A DNA stretch of 64,000 nt from Catajapyx aquilonaris. Taxonomy: Eukaryota. This document shows positions 1 through 13,500 of this stretch, piece after piece. The stretch lies in assembly GCA_000934665.2 (NCBI GenBank), contig KZ538131.1:1-64000 (forward strand), read 5' to 3'. Position 1 is the stretch's first letter. Every line of letters begins with the position of its first letter. A program made the translations under genes and the position numbers. Below the pieces are notes generated by a model. That model worked only from the letters and a program-made list of their open reading frames with translations, had not been told where the DNA came from and ran no database searches.

Positions 1-313
1 ATTATGTGCCTCTTGATATTAAATCAACACAGTGTATTGAAATTCCTCTCGACAGCACTCGACGGTGCCGCCTAGTGGCGCCGCGTAGTGGTCATCAGCC
101 AAACTCGTTGACTAAACAACTTGCCAAAAAGTGGCGACGCTTGGAAACCGTTTTTTCCACTCTTCCTAGTATAAGCTCTTTGGGACAATCATGCGGGATA
201 AATTTTGACATCACTTCAAATGCTGTAGCCCTGTAGGCCGTACACAGTGGGAGGAATCGCCATCACAGTAGGGTAGTAACAAGAGCTAATAACTGTAGTA
301 ATAATATAGATTG

Positions 314-315
<2 letters not shown>

Positions 316-395
<80 letters not shown>
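316..395. repeat. (ATT)n microsatellite, ~26 units
   Basis: Pure ATT run read directly. It produces the poly-Ile ORF 216..455(-). Confidence 0.97.
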
Positions 396-397
<2 letters not shown>

Positions 398-435
398 GTG
401 TATCATTGACTCTGAGGGCCAGTAGCCTATACATA

Positions 436-688
436 ACTGAAACCTTGAGTTGCAAAAGGTCCCAAGTCCAACCACCTCAACTTTTCAGGAGAGACAAAAA
501 ACCGAAATTGATAAGTATAATGATCGAAATGGGGGGAAAATTTTTCGTGATTTTTTTCCCCCTATGTTAGAATGAACATTTCGGACTCGCTTTCATTCAA
601 AATATGCGCCTTGCCCCGTACCCCCCNATATGTAACTCGAAATCGTCAAAATGTGGACTTGGGACCTTTGGAAACTCAAGGTTTCAAT
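436..688. mobile_element. MITE with 35-bp TIRs and TA flanks (Tc1/mariner-like non-autonomous element)
   Basis: 436-470 ACTGAAACCTTGAGTTGCAAAAGGTCCCAAGTCCA is the reverse complement of 654-688 with 3 mismatches. TA at 434-435 and 689-690. No coding capacity. Confidence 0.85.
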
Positions 689-1364
689 TACTCCGAAATC
701 CGAACAAGGTATCGTCAGGTTGAGTAGATCCTAACTCCGGGAGGAAAAGGCATCGCACTGTACAAACTGTACACCACCGTGGAGTTGTCATGAGTCTATG
801 AGGTCTTACAGGATGCCTACAGCGTGGCCTACAGAATACCATTTACCATACTGCTGAACTCGTCACGAACCTGGTCCTCCATCGGGAGCTCCAAAACACT
901 GCTTCCCACTCGATCGTGCACTCGACCCTACACCCACGGAAGGACACTTTCGACACAGAACTACAAGTAGATATCTAATGGACAAAAACGCACAAAAATG
1001 TGCCAAACAATCTCGTCAACGCCTTTTGCGTAAACACAAAACTGAACCATTTTATATGGCACACTGCATATTCTACTTGTAATTCTGCTCTATGCATGAC
1101 ACTCTAAAACGTCTCAGGTGACACACAAGTGTGGAAGGTTGGATAGACGACAAAATAATGTATGTACAGAGTACACAGTACTTGTCATAGAGCATATATT
1201 CTACGTGCGGTTTTTTTGCAGCAGAATGTGTCTTTCAACTCACTATACTGATTTGCTGACGCGTTTTACTGTCCCGTTGTCCCGTTTTCGACAAAATAAT
1301 TACACATTTTGTTGTGTCGCAAAGTTTTGTGTGTATATTTTCAAACATTCTCAACCTCGTCTGG

Positions 1365-1555
1365 TCGAGGAGCAGGATTGACTCCGGGTCCGATATACAG
1401 TTGACCCCACGCTGCGGGAGTGATTAATATATATTATATTGCATTGGATTGTATTGTGTATTATGTATTATGATACGCACATGTGGGGGGAAGTCATGAA
1501 CCCCTGCGTGTCAACCCTGACCCCGCAATCGAAAATCCATTATGCATACGCGGGA
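1365..1555. mobile_element. Degenerate inverted-repeat element remnant related to the element at 48279-48616
   Basis: TCAACCCTGACCCCGC (~1511) matches TCAACCCTGACTCCGC (~48600). CATTATGCATACGCGGG (~1538-1554) resembles the reverse complement of the 48279 end GGCCCGTATACATAATG. Confidence 0.4.
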
Positions 1556-4500
1556 TTAGACAATCATCCAAGTGTGCCATTACACAAGTTACGGCCTTGC
1601 TGAAGGCTTTATAATGTCCCTCTGTCCTTTCTATTATTTTATTGTTGCTTCTTAAGAACCCAGTGAAAATACTTTGACTACCGGTATTTAGTCCACACTA
1701 CTTAATTATTACGTAGTACACTGGTATCGTCACGAAATCCTGCCTCGGACATTCCTGTCTCCCAAGACAATCACGACCAAACGTCACGGGTGGAATGCGT
1801 GCAAGTAATGACAAGTGGCAAGAAACGCCTTCAGTTTCTTTTGCAGTCCTTGAGAAGGTTCTATGACCTTGCCGTTGGGCATCCAAGTCGGCGTGAAAAG
1901 GGGTTCGATTTGGAAATTCCACCAATATAAGTGGTCCTTCACTAGAGACAACGTGAACTCTTCGGACGTTGACTGCTCCTTCATGAAACTTCAGTTTCCC
2001 ATTAAAACCCCAAATCTACGAAATTAAATGCGCATTAATAATACTGCAGAGGTAGCCAGTTTCTTTTGATACGCCCTAATGCAGCACTTGTAATGCATTA
2101 CATCCTCGGAATATGCACTGACCTAATAAATGACATTTTAAAACGAAAGTCAGATAGAACCTGTCGGTTACAATGGCGTCTCATGAAACTTCTTTATATC
2201 GAACCCATCAAAATAAATTAAACACTGTACAAAAACAAGACTTTGGAAGGTGTCGCGTGACCAGCGTATTTCTTAGGAATCAACAGAAGAAACTTGTCCA
2301 GGAAGAAGAAATGCAAGTACCATGGAAAAGGATCACTTCTCACGCCAAGATGTCGCCTTACTAATAAATGCCTATGGATCTACTGTTACGCCGAGAGCCC
2401 GCTTTAACAATAATTTCCTATTTTATGTGCATAATGTAACTTGAATATTGTTAATGACGTTTGCATTTCTTAAACTAAGTGGTCCTCTAAGACCTTTTAC
2501 TTCCTTGAAAAACTTTTACGTCCTGCTGATGAGTACCTTGCATTCATAAATTTTGCTTGCACCCGAAGCTATCTTTTATCAACATGTCGTTATTTAACTT
2601 CTTGAATGATAATGGCCACACTATCATTCCTGATGCAAATGAGAAATGCAGCCTGGAGTGGAGTAATATATCGCCGTCTCCTTGCAGTATTGCAGGTCAA
2701 ATGGCTCAAATTTTCTAACTATGCTGCACGTGAATTATTATAAGGAAATTAATTGCCTTAACATGTTCAACCGTAATTGAGACTGCTCATAAATACCAGT
2801 GGCAGCAATCGACTTTGATCATGCCAGAAGGAAGATGCTGCGATATTCCATTGCAGCATTAGAGGAAAAATATCTGGGGTATGAAAATATGACAGCTCAT
2901 CACATATTATGTAGGTGGTCAGATTTCCGGTTTGCAGTGTTGGAATATGCCTATACCATGTATACAGTAGATGATCACGGGGATTATTACCCCAGAATTA
3001 TAGTGGGCACCGGACTCTCTCCACCTACTTGCAAAGTTCTCATAGGCGTAAATAATCGTGCCCAGGCAGTCTTTCCATATTTCTTTACGTGTTTCGGTGG
3101 GCGGCCGTTTAACAATTAGCAGAAAATTTAAATTTCTTAATTACTAATACAGTATGTACAGTCTTGTCATATAACCTCACATAATTATATTCCTCTTGCA
3201 GGAGATGAGCTTAATTTAGGTGCACAAGCATACATTGTACGAAGTACGGTAATTCATATAGCGCGAGGTGATACGTGATATCATCGTGAATTCGGTAAGA
3301 ATTCGTTAAATTATTAGCAGCCTCAACATAACGCATTAGAATGTACGGGCCAGTACCGCCTATAATAATATTATGATTTATTATTAAGGTTTATCGTCAT
3401 TTCACCTGAGTGGAGAAGCCCATAGTCTGTAGGCCTAATCGCAGCAAACCACAAAATAATAGTAGGCTAACAGGAGTATCAGAACCCAGCCCTAACTTGT
3501 ATGTGTTATAGTCGAACTCTTCAATAACTCCCTTATAAAAATGGGAACAGGGAGTTCTGGACTAAATGCTGCATATCCTGAAAAGTTCGTGACCTTGTCT
3601 GCTGGGTAACGACTCCTGAAACACATACTATTCGCGAAATAATAGTACTGCAATCTTAAGAGTTCTCACTGCACCTCTCACGGAATTCACTTCACAATAC
3701 ATTTCATTTTCACCCCCCCCACCCCACCCCCANAAAAAAGTTCCTTGGTGGGAACCTTCCCCAAGTTCGGTCCCCGAACCTTATCAGGAACAAGGCTCTC
3801 CATTGTAGTAGCCCAGAGAACAAAGTAAAAAACCTTGAACCAAATTGGAATCTGGTCCCTGAACTTGGACCAGAACGGTTTAATTACTCAAAATAGCATG
3901 CCAATAATTGCACCTCTATATAGCAGATTCACTAATGAATTAACGGCCAAATACAGTTTGAAAGCCGCTATAACTCCGAGGGAGGCTTTGGCCTGAGTAC
4001 AAACTGAATAAGCCATTGTCCAACGTAGGTCACAATAAGAGTATCCTACCTCCTACGTGCACACCTCCTCGAAAGAAGCAAAAAAGAAGAGAGAAGTGAC
4101 CCGTTGTAAAGTTGCTTGTCCAAGCACTCGTTTTAAAGGACAGCCCATTCTTACTCCACAGGAAACTAGCTGATCTTAAAGGTGTGGTTAGAAAGGCGTT
4201 AAATTGGGTGTCACAGGGTGCTGTAAGTAAAGTCCAAGTTCCTGTCTCAAGAAGTGGCACTTGTAGATGGGTAGATTATACCCAAAATGATGCGCGTATA
4301 CCTAGGAAAAGTATGCTTTGTTCTGCGGTTACCAAGGGCATAGCTAAAAATATGGAAATGCGGAGGTTTACTTGACTTTGATGACAATCTTGTCAATCAG
4401 GGCCTTCACCAGCCTCTTCTGCCAGCTTAGTCGAAAAGCTTGAAAATTAACTGTGAACATATGCGTGTTTTTGGGGGGGGAGGGAGGGGGGATTTAGTCA

Positions 4501-7500
4501 GGCCCGCCCGCCTGGTTGTGCGGCTTTTCCTGACAACGACGCCTATGCCCACCTGCATGCTTCAAGATTCCGGTGCTGTACAGTATGTAAACGCATTCCT
4601 GGTGGTTTGACAGGAAATACTTAAAAGCGTCGCCCCGCCTTAACCTATCCGTTACTATTGCGAAAGTCAACATGTCCATATTCAAAAGTCCACAAGCCTT
4701 CCCCCACCACGGTTTTTGTTCGGGGAAAAAAATGCACCTTTCGAAACCCTTGACAGTTCATTCACCTCAGTAACACAGGTATAATTACCACATCATTGAC
4801 TCATCTTCACGCGGGGTGTCCAATAAATCCGTTCCTTCTCCATATTTGGTGAAAAAATGTCCGTGCAGCAGGCCACCTCACGCCTTTACTGTTGATTCAT
4901 ATATGTCCCCGTCCAAGCGTGACAGCAACTCGCTTACCGACCTAGTGACCGTGAAGAGTCCTGAAAATGAGCGCAGCTCCCGAAGCAGATATATCGGATC
5001 GAGGAGGAAGCTCGTGGTTTGTTTTTGATGCACTTGATGCTTGTCTTATGGCTCTTTCCACGCCACGCGATCTGGCCAACACAAAAGAGTGATTTATGAT
5101 GTAGGAGATGGCAGTTGGTTTACACCGCTTGAATGGCAATATTGATGAGTCAGACCTCAGGTGAGTGAACCTCTTCTTTGCTAGTTTTTTTTCCACCTGT
5201 CTTAATTGAAGAGAAACTATTCGTGCTGATGGATAGACTAAATGATCTGGGATCAAGGGCCAGGAGACGACGTCTAAGCTCATAATCGACAAGAAGCTGT
5301 GAGGAGTGGTACACTTTTGTGAGCTTCTTTTGCTTTTTATTCGTCACACTTTCTTGACGTAACCGAGTTCCTGGTTTCGGCTGATCTCGCCAATTGGCTG
5401 TGATGTTATTACCATGTGTACCATTTTCCCACGCGTCTTTCCATCCAACGGAACTTTTACATGTCCTACAAGTTGGAATAAATGGTTTTTGCGGCTGTTA
5501 AAAGTGTACCAGCAAGGCTACTGATCTACTTACGCTACCACCAACGCAATTACGTGCAGGGATAACAGATAATTTTCTTGGTATTCCTTACCCGTCCGGA
5601 TTGATAAATGCTTTTGGAACCAATAATTGAATAAAAACCTAACTGTGCGTGGATGTGGTCCCGTCGGGCAAGAAAGAGAAACATTAAATGGTTTCTTTGG
5701 TGCTGGGAGCAAGCGCCAGGAGGAAATCCAATCCTTTCCGAATCAACAATGGGGAATCTTTGTTGCCAAGAGGACACCACACGTGACAGTCACAGCAATT
5801 TTACAGTTCAGTACGCTGCTTATGAATACACCTCAGAAGTTGCAAATAACGGAGTGTCAGCAGGGAAATAATGCACCGTTTTGTAACAGGAGCACCGGAG
5901 GAGGCATTTTCAACCATCTGACGTGTTGGCAGCAATTTGTCACGAGCCATTAGGAATGGTACCATACTGTCTTGATGATAGTTTACCATGAAATTAGTGA
6001 TGATTTGACAAATTGCGTTATATTGCATGCTGCTCAGTTCTGGTAACTGCGCCAATCATCTTTTTTTTTATCCTGAGGGTTGTGGCAACTCAAGCGTGAG
6101 TTTAAAAATGCATTTCGCACATACAGTGTGAACACGGCTACCTACAAGCTCCTGGTCACGTTTTCCTCTTTAATGCACAACTGATTGTGTCCACGTGCTC
6201 CTTTATTGCCTTTCAAGTCCCTACAGCGATTTAAGGCAGTTCAGAAAGGTTAACCCTGCCATCCAAGAATTACACAATCACCTTCACAGAGGAACAGTAA
6301 ACGGTACTTTAAAACACCTAAAATATGTAAGCAATTTTGCCTCTACGCCGAACGGCAAATTAAAATGCCACTGAGTAAAAAGACGGCGTAAAAATGTGGC
6401 AGAATTTGATAGCGAAAGTGTCGTAATCATGACGTATGTGAAGTGGATCTAGTGAACGGTAAAACCTAAATTAGTTTATTAGTATGATAGTTAACGGAAA
6501 CTGTGCCAGCGGGAATGCCCACCTTCGTGAATTAGCCCTACTCGAGTATGCAGAATCCGCACCGGTTCACTAACGGCAAACAACGCGCAAGCATTCATTT
6601 GGTCTCCCATTATCATTTCGCTCCCCTCCTCATCTCTAAGCCCAGAATTAAATGGGAAAAATGCTACTTCTAAGACTTTTGCCGGCTCTACACTCACCGG
6701 AACACAGGTAATGAATTTCTTACCTGGCCATAGAAGAACAATGGGTACTTTTACTGCAGAATATCCTTGCCAAGGTCTTGCATCTACCTATTCTGCAGAC
6801 TACTAATTAGCTTATTAAATGGCAGCTGATGGTTAGATTAAACGCGCCCTACAGCTCCTCTGAAATAATTAAGGGGATTTTTAGGTATCACGAATGATGC
6901 CAGGTAATATTCAGGTTATCTACTTGCGTGACGAAGCGACTCGACATAGATCAGATCAGATTGTGTCAGTCATATCGGGTTATTCGGGCAACATCCGAAC
7001 CTCATAAAACCGCGCCTAAATGAACCGTTCAGTTAAGCTTGACCGATTCTGTCCATGCTGCCAGACAAAAGCACATCATCAATTATGTAATGAGCAGCAC
7101 AATGAGGATTCAAGATCGTGAACTCTTTATGGGCACAAACTAGGTCTGGCATATAAAAAACTCCTACCTGCCTATATCGCCTTAATTATCGCTAAATTAT
7201 TTGTAACAGGAGATTTTGAGTGATTAATGCCCCAGTCTAATCGACTAAACCGAGAGCAGTTGTTCATTAGTTTTTTCACTCATCAAAGTCTTGTTATCCT
7301 CTAATGTTTTTCTTCGAGAATACAAGTAGCACAGTCATGCTCTCATCATATCTCCATTTCTTGGCATACGTACACTTGTGGTTGAGACACGTAATACTAC
7401 TATTCATCCAGGCGCCGGTCCAGGCGGAGCAAATAAATAACTCATTGGCTTTAACTTCTTCACTTGTACGGTTAACAGTACTTCTGCACTGACCACTCCC

Positions 7501-10500
7501 TGAAGCCAGCTGCAAAGACGAAAGAAAAAAATCATTAAAATGGAAGTGGCATCTGCAGCCACCCTATAATTACAGAAAAGTAACAGCGGTTTTGTGGTCA
7601 TGCCGGACAGTTACAATATTTGGATGATTAGCTTTTGCCAGAGGACTTTGGGGGTGACAGAAGTGTAAATGTCATTACTAGTGGTTTGCCCTCAGGAGCC
7701 TCACTGGCTAAGGCAATAATTTTGCAGAACCAATGAAACCTATATGCACTTGATATTATGGCCAGATAGTAATTTTTTTGCCTAAGCCTACCTGTTGATT
7801 ATTCATGCAGCTTTTCTTTTTTGCTTCAAGTGCGGACTCATCAGGTGGAATCTCACGTGACTGCAATTCCTCCAATGCCAGGCGAGAGGACGGCGGCGGC
7901 GCGAATAAAACCTGTCACAACAGCTAGCCACACTGGAGATTGTAGCTTCGCTTCCGCCGGAAAATATATCTCTGTACGAAGCTTCATCTTGCCTACTTCG
8001 ACAGATACAACAGTTAAGGTAAGTTCCACAATTTATTAGCCCCATAGCAAGATACCTCATATACAACCAAGTCAATGACTCTCACTACATATTCTTCCTA
8101 TGACGGAAAATTTTAGAAAATAGTCGTACTGAGGTAATAAATACATTGTGTACCCATTGACGCCTGCAGAGGTGACACTCTTTAGTGACTTGTTACTCCT
8201 TAAGCAAGGGGAGTTGTGTACAGCGCTGATTGCATCTATAGTGGTAATTCAATAATAATAAAGGTGCTGCAATGCAGGAAATTTTGATAACATTGTCAGT
8301 AAAACTGGTATAAAAATACTTATCGACAGTTACATTTATATTCGGAGATATACCGGTACCGTACCGTATTTAAGAGAGTGTATAAGAAATGCCTGCAATT
8401 TTTGTGTCTACAATATTCTGACAAGATATGAGGTTATTGTCATTTTGTTACTTAGATCCGGTTGTATAAACGGCATAAATTAAGGAAAAATCTCGGAATT
8501 TATTATGAACTGGCCTAAGTTAGAGTAAATGCTGCTCGAAGAGCAGTCTCAGAGCCAGAAAGGAATGTACAGCTCATTTCATTACGCCTGCTCGATACTA
8601 CCTTTCAAACATGAAAGGTGTACAGGTTGCTTGACATATCAGGATAAGTATTTATTTGACAGGAGGTTATTTTTATCACACATCATTCAACCTGTTCTTG
8701 CCTGACTTCACGTCAGTTGCCGGAGAGTAGCCTGTCTGAAAAAAAGCAATGGTGAAGGTCATGGTCAGGAGAGCAAAAGTGAGAGAAGAACTGTATCCTA
8801 TCAGGCGAGTATGCTAATGTTACTGAGGTGTATAATTATGTTTTTACAACTTGATTATTTCTTGCCGAATTTTCGCGTGCACCTGGAATTTTAATCAAAT
8901 GCAAAAATATTCTTCAGACATCGATAGTGCCAAAAATACTGGTTATGTGCATTTTAAAGTAGAATAAATATTTCATTTCATAATTATGAAGATTACCTTT
9001 CTGCCTTTTAAAAAGGTGTTGTCATTCTTCACTGATATTGCAGAGGCTTAGCAGTTTTGTAGGGTATTTTGATACTAATTAATTTTGAAGTATAGCATGT
9101 TGCAAATAATATTATTCTTATTACTTATCTGCTCGTCGGACAAGTCATATTCACGGGCATTAAATGTAGGCTATACACTTTTTTTATGTAAGGCACCAAA
9201 TTCCAAGCCTTGGGAAAAGAGAGCAATTATTTCCTTTTCCTTCTCCACTTTGCCCACGCCGTGGGATTTTATTGTAATCGGGCTCAATAATAAGCACTTC
9301 CTCGCACAAAACACAACTTACTGCGTGAAAAGAGGCAGCTTCATCCATCAAAATACAAAGCACATCAGCATGGTACCTATTTCCGCATAGTTTCCGGTCA
9401 AAGAACTGTCACCTTCCCTATACCCGTCCCACCTTCCTTCCCCAAAAAACCCTGCCTGGAACGGAAGCAAATGACAAATTTCCACCTCGTAAAGCGATAC
9501 TAGGATGCTTCTTACGAGAAGCAAAGACGGATTTTTTTTTTTGGGTGGCAAAGTCACGGTCCTTCAAGCGCGAAAAGCACGTAATTTCACTGCTGCTGGA
9601 AAAATGGGCCCAAGCTGAACCGAAGCAAGGGCACGAGGTTTACCATGATTTGACCACAAAGCTGCCGACGTGACGTGATTTCCCTGCTGTCCTCTCAGAA
9701 TTTTGAAATTACCTCCTGGATTTTTCATTAGGCACGGGCTCAATTATGTATTTGGGAATAAACATATTGCTGCCGAGGCTCCAAACAGAAATGAAATTTT
9801 CTCCTGTAAACATTGCTCGGCCAATATGTACACATTTATTATTTCTCTGACATAAAATATGACTTAACGTCCCGATTCAGTATTGCCAAGGTGAAAAGTA
9901 ATGGTTCCAAGGTCGTCACTACCAGTTTCTGCAATTTCTTCTCCGAATCCATTAATGTCACCCAAATCCTGTAATTCCTGACTCTACCTTTTTTTTTCTC
10001 TGCAAAAACTGGGGGAATGGTATTCTGACAATGCACTTGTCCGAGGTCGTGATTCACCTGCTGCATCAACCCAACTTGTGTATACAGGCACATGCACTCG
10101 ACAGCCTATTGTTTGGTAACTGCAGTACTGGTCTGGAAGGACCTCAAACGTGGGCGAGTTTGTGGGAGCCATTAAGGACCTCCCAAACAGGTCTATCTGC
10201 GCAGGACACGATGGGTAAGGGGGTGGGGGTAGTAACAATCTTTCTCTCTCCTAATTTTATCCAGTGAAGAGTCACTCTAGCGCCTCGACCTTGCCTCTCA
10301 AGAAAAAAAAAGAAAAAAAAAAGTTGCTTGCGGGACGTTTAGCGAGTGAGTGACCGTCCTTGGTGCGAATAACCTTCCCACTATCTCGAGGATATGTGTA
10401 CTTTGGTACGAGGTCTCGCCTTTTTCTCCCACGTTTATTCATCTTCTACCCTACATACCATTCTTGTTAGTTCTTGGTTTTGAGGAAACAATTGTGTGCA

Positions 10501-13500
10501 TTGTGGCCAGCTTTTATGGAGACGTGTCGAACAATTTCAGATACCGCAATTTCATTTTCTGGTTAGCCCGTAGCATTGTTTTGGAAGTTGGGTCCTGCTC
10601 CATACCGTTATTCAAGTCTCCCAGAAGGAACCGGCATATTGCTGTCTATACAGGTCAGTGATTTATATTAACCTGGGCTATTGTAATTTTTTTTGTACAG
10701 TACTTTATAACACACTATCGGTATAACAGAGAACATGATGTCAATACCGTTGCTCATCTTCCTGTTACATCCATATCTCGCGCTATCAAATTGTTATACT
10801 GCTCTTTAGTCAATCAGACATAATCCCACCCGCAGATATCTCGAATTGGAAAAAAACAATGCACAAAAAAACAGCTGTGCAGTCGAACCTGTTGGCCCAA
10901 GTACACCATACGCGATTTGATTCCTTTACGCGGAACTCTTTGGCTGAATGCAGAAAAGAGAAACATGTCTGGCTCTGGTACATGCTGTCACCTACCCAAC
11001 CAGTATTGCAACTATTACAATCGCAAATGGCAATCAGAGCGCACCATTTCCCAGGGATTTTCGCCTTAGCTATCCATCCATCCATCCATTCCCCTGAAGG
11101 TGGGCCGAAGATTCCGTTTCTTCTTGTCAGTCCACATCAAACAATAGAGGCGTCTGGAGGGAGACAAGTGGAGGTCCAACCCAGGAAGCCTGCCTTCATC
11201 CTTCTTCCCTTGGCGAACGGCACCATCATCCACTAATGTGAATTATTGGGGAGGCGTGAAGGACCCCATGTCCAAACTGTGAAGAGCGATTGAGGAACAA
11301 GGGGCAGCATTCCTTTGGCTTGGATCAGCACACCCATCACCTCAGGCACCCCTCCGCCCGTTGCTCTGTCTTTCCTTTTCAACCAAATCACACACCTCTT
11401 CGGGCTACGATTCCTCATAGTTTTTATCACTCGTCGTTCAACAAGTGGTTCCAGATAGTAAATTGCTTCTGTATTCCTCCACAAAGTGAGTACCGGGAGG
11501 TATCGCAAGGCATCCACCATGGCATTTGAACATGAACAAGAATTTGCCAGAGGTTTGCTCGCTTGTCTCGAAGTATGTTCATTGCATGGCGATCACACTA
11601 ACTTGTCCATCCGGTAATTGTTAAATATTCCCGATAGGTACCGTACGTGACTCGGCCTGGCAAATGAACGAGTAATTTACAGTCGACCGGTAACAGTTTT
11701 CAAGTTTGAACACTAAACAACAATTAGGTGGATACTTTTAAGCCGCGCTTGTCTGGCAAATAGCGTAAAATACCTGTTTTTTTAAGCATACCAACGTACA
11801 GGAATTAAAATATAGGCAGAGATGGTCCAGGAACACTTTTCAGGGTGGGTTGTAGCTAGTTTTGTTCAGGTGGAAGGAATCGCAATGTTCAAATATTTTT
11901 GTGCTACAAAATATGTGACCTTATGATTTTGGTTTGCAATAAAATATTATGCAACTCTGTCGTTACATTTTGCCACGAAGCAATCTTTTCCCCTCACAAA
12001 AATTGCACTGACTAGTAAATAGTATTTTAATTAAATGAATTATCATTTTTTGCAAACTGGTCGCATGGTAGGGGGGCGAGGGGTGAGGGAGGCAGGGGAA
12101 TGCCCGATAGACGAGTCAGACGGCAATGACGCTCCAACGTCCTTGCCCACAAAAACACGCAACGCAGAGCAATATTTTATCGAGTAGCATGCAGAACGAG
12201 TTTTCATCATAAACCTTCCGGGCGATTTCTCAATGAGGCAGTTTCATTTTTCTCCCTGAAAATCCCAATATCGGATGATGCGACAGCACTCCCGCGAAGT
12301 TTAAATCAAGGATAGTAATAATTTAATTACAGACCTATAGGTTAATTTTACCCTATGTTTATCAAAAGCATGACAAAAGCCCAAGGCACTATAACGTGAT
12401 AACGTGCTTAGCTTTTGAAAGAAAGGAAAGAAAAAAAAGAAGTGGACGCCATAATGGAAGAACTGCATTTTCAAGGTCAGGTTGCGATTCTTGATGCATA
12501 CTAATTCTCCAGAGCGGCAAACATGTTTCCGGGGTTGCTTGCGACATTTGCCAAAATAATGTATATCTCTCTGCAAAAACCAGCCGCCCGCTTCAGGGGA
12601 AGGTGTGGAACCTGGACATAAACATTTCCTGACTCTCACTGATTAGCAGAGTCGCCAACTACAATTAGAATTTAAATGGGCCCTTAAAAGCTGCTTGCTT
12701 CGTGAGTTATTACAACGCGATGAAACCTGAGTCCAATCTTCGAATATCGCAAATAACTTGACCATGGGAGGTTGATAGTGGGCAACTAAGAAGCCGGAAA
12801 GTGTTTACATAATTGGGCGCATCAAAGTGCGCATTTGATGGAGCGGCGGGCAGAAATTGCAAACCGGATTTATTAGCAAAATTTCATCCCAATGTGCTAA
12901 ACTGCTTGTAAAAGGAGCAATTTACATCCGACATGATGCAAGCCGTAACATTTGCAAAAACTAATTACTCTAAGCGACGTGAAGAAATGCAATTTCGGCT
13001 CGAACTTATTTACACGCAGTTCCGCCCAGGTAGGACATAAAATGGGCATTACAATCTCTATTATAAACTCATGATTGCAAAACGAGTGGAGTATAATAAT
13101 AGACTGGCGTTTATCCAGGTTTCGATAAGCTAAGGTAATAATTAACGTTCCAGACCCTGCCAATTATTGGAAATAAGCTGATGGACAAAAAAAAGGGGTC
13201 TTGCCGGATGCAGGTGCATCAATAAATCTTGTAGCCAAATAAAGGCCGTGTGACTAACAGAATAAGAGCTTCATCCCACTTTATCGAAAAATATTACTCA
13301 GCACATCCGAAATCCAGGCGATGACCGCAGTCAGGTGTCTTTGACCTATCGCAAACGGTGGTAACAATTGAAGCAAACGCCAGGGAAAATATATTCATGG
13401 CCGAGGAGCCAATTAAATTTGACAGATGGGTCCGTAGGTTGCGTCTGCGTTAACCCGGCCTTTAAATTAAATTATTCACGCATGATTGATAACAAGTGCG

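Noticed and set aside
216..455. Poly-Ile ORF
   Set aside because: Translation of the (ATT)n microsatellite.
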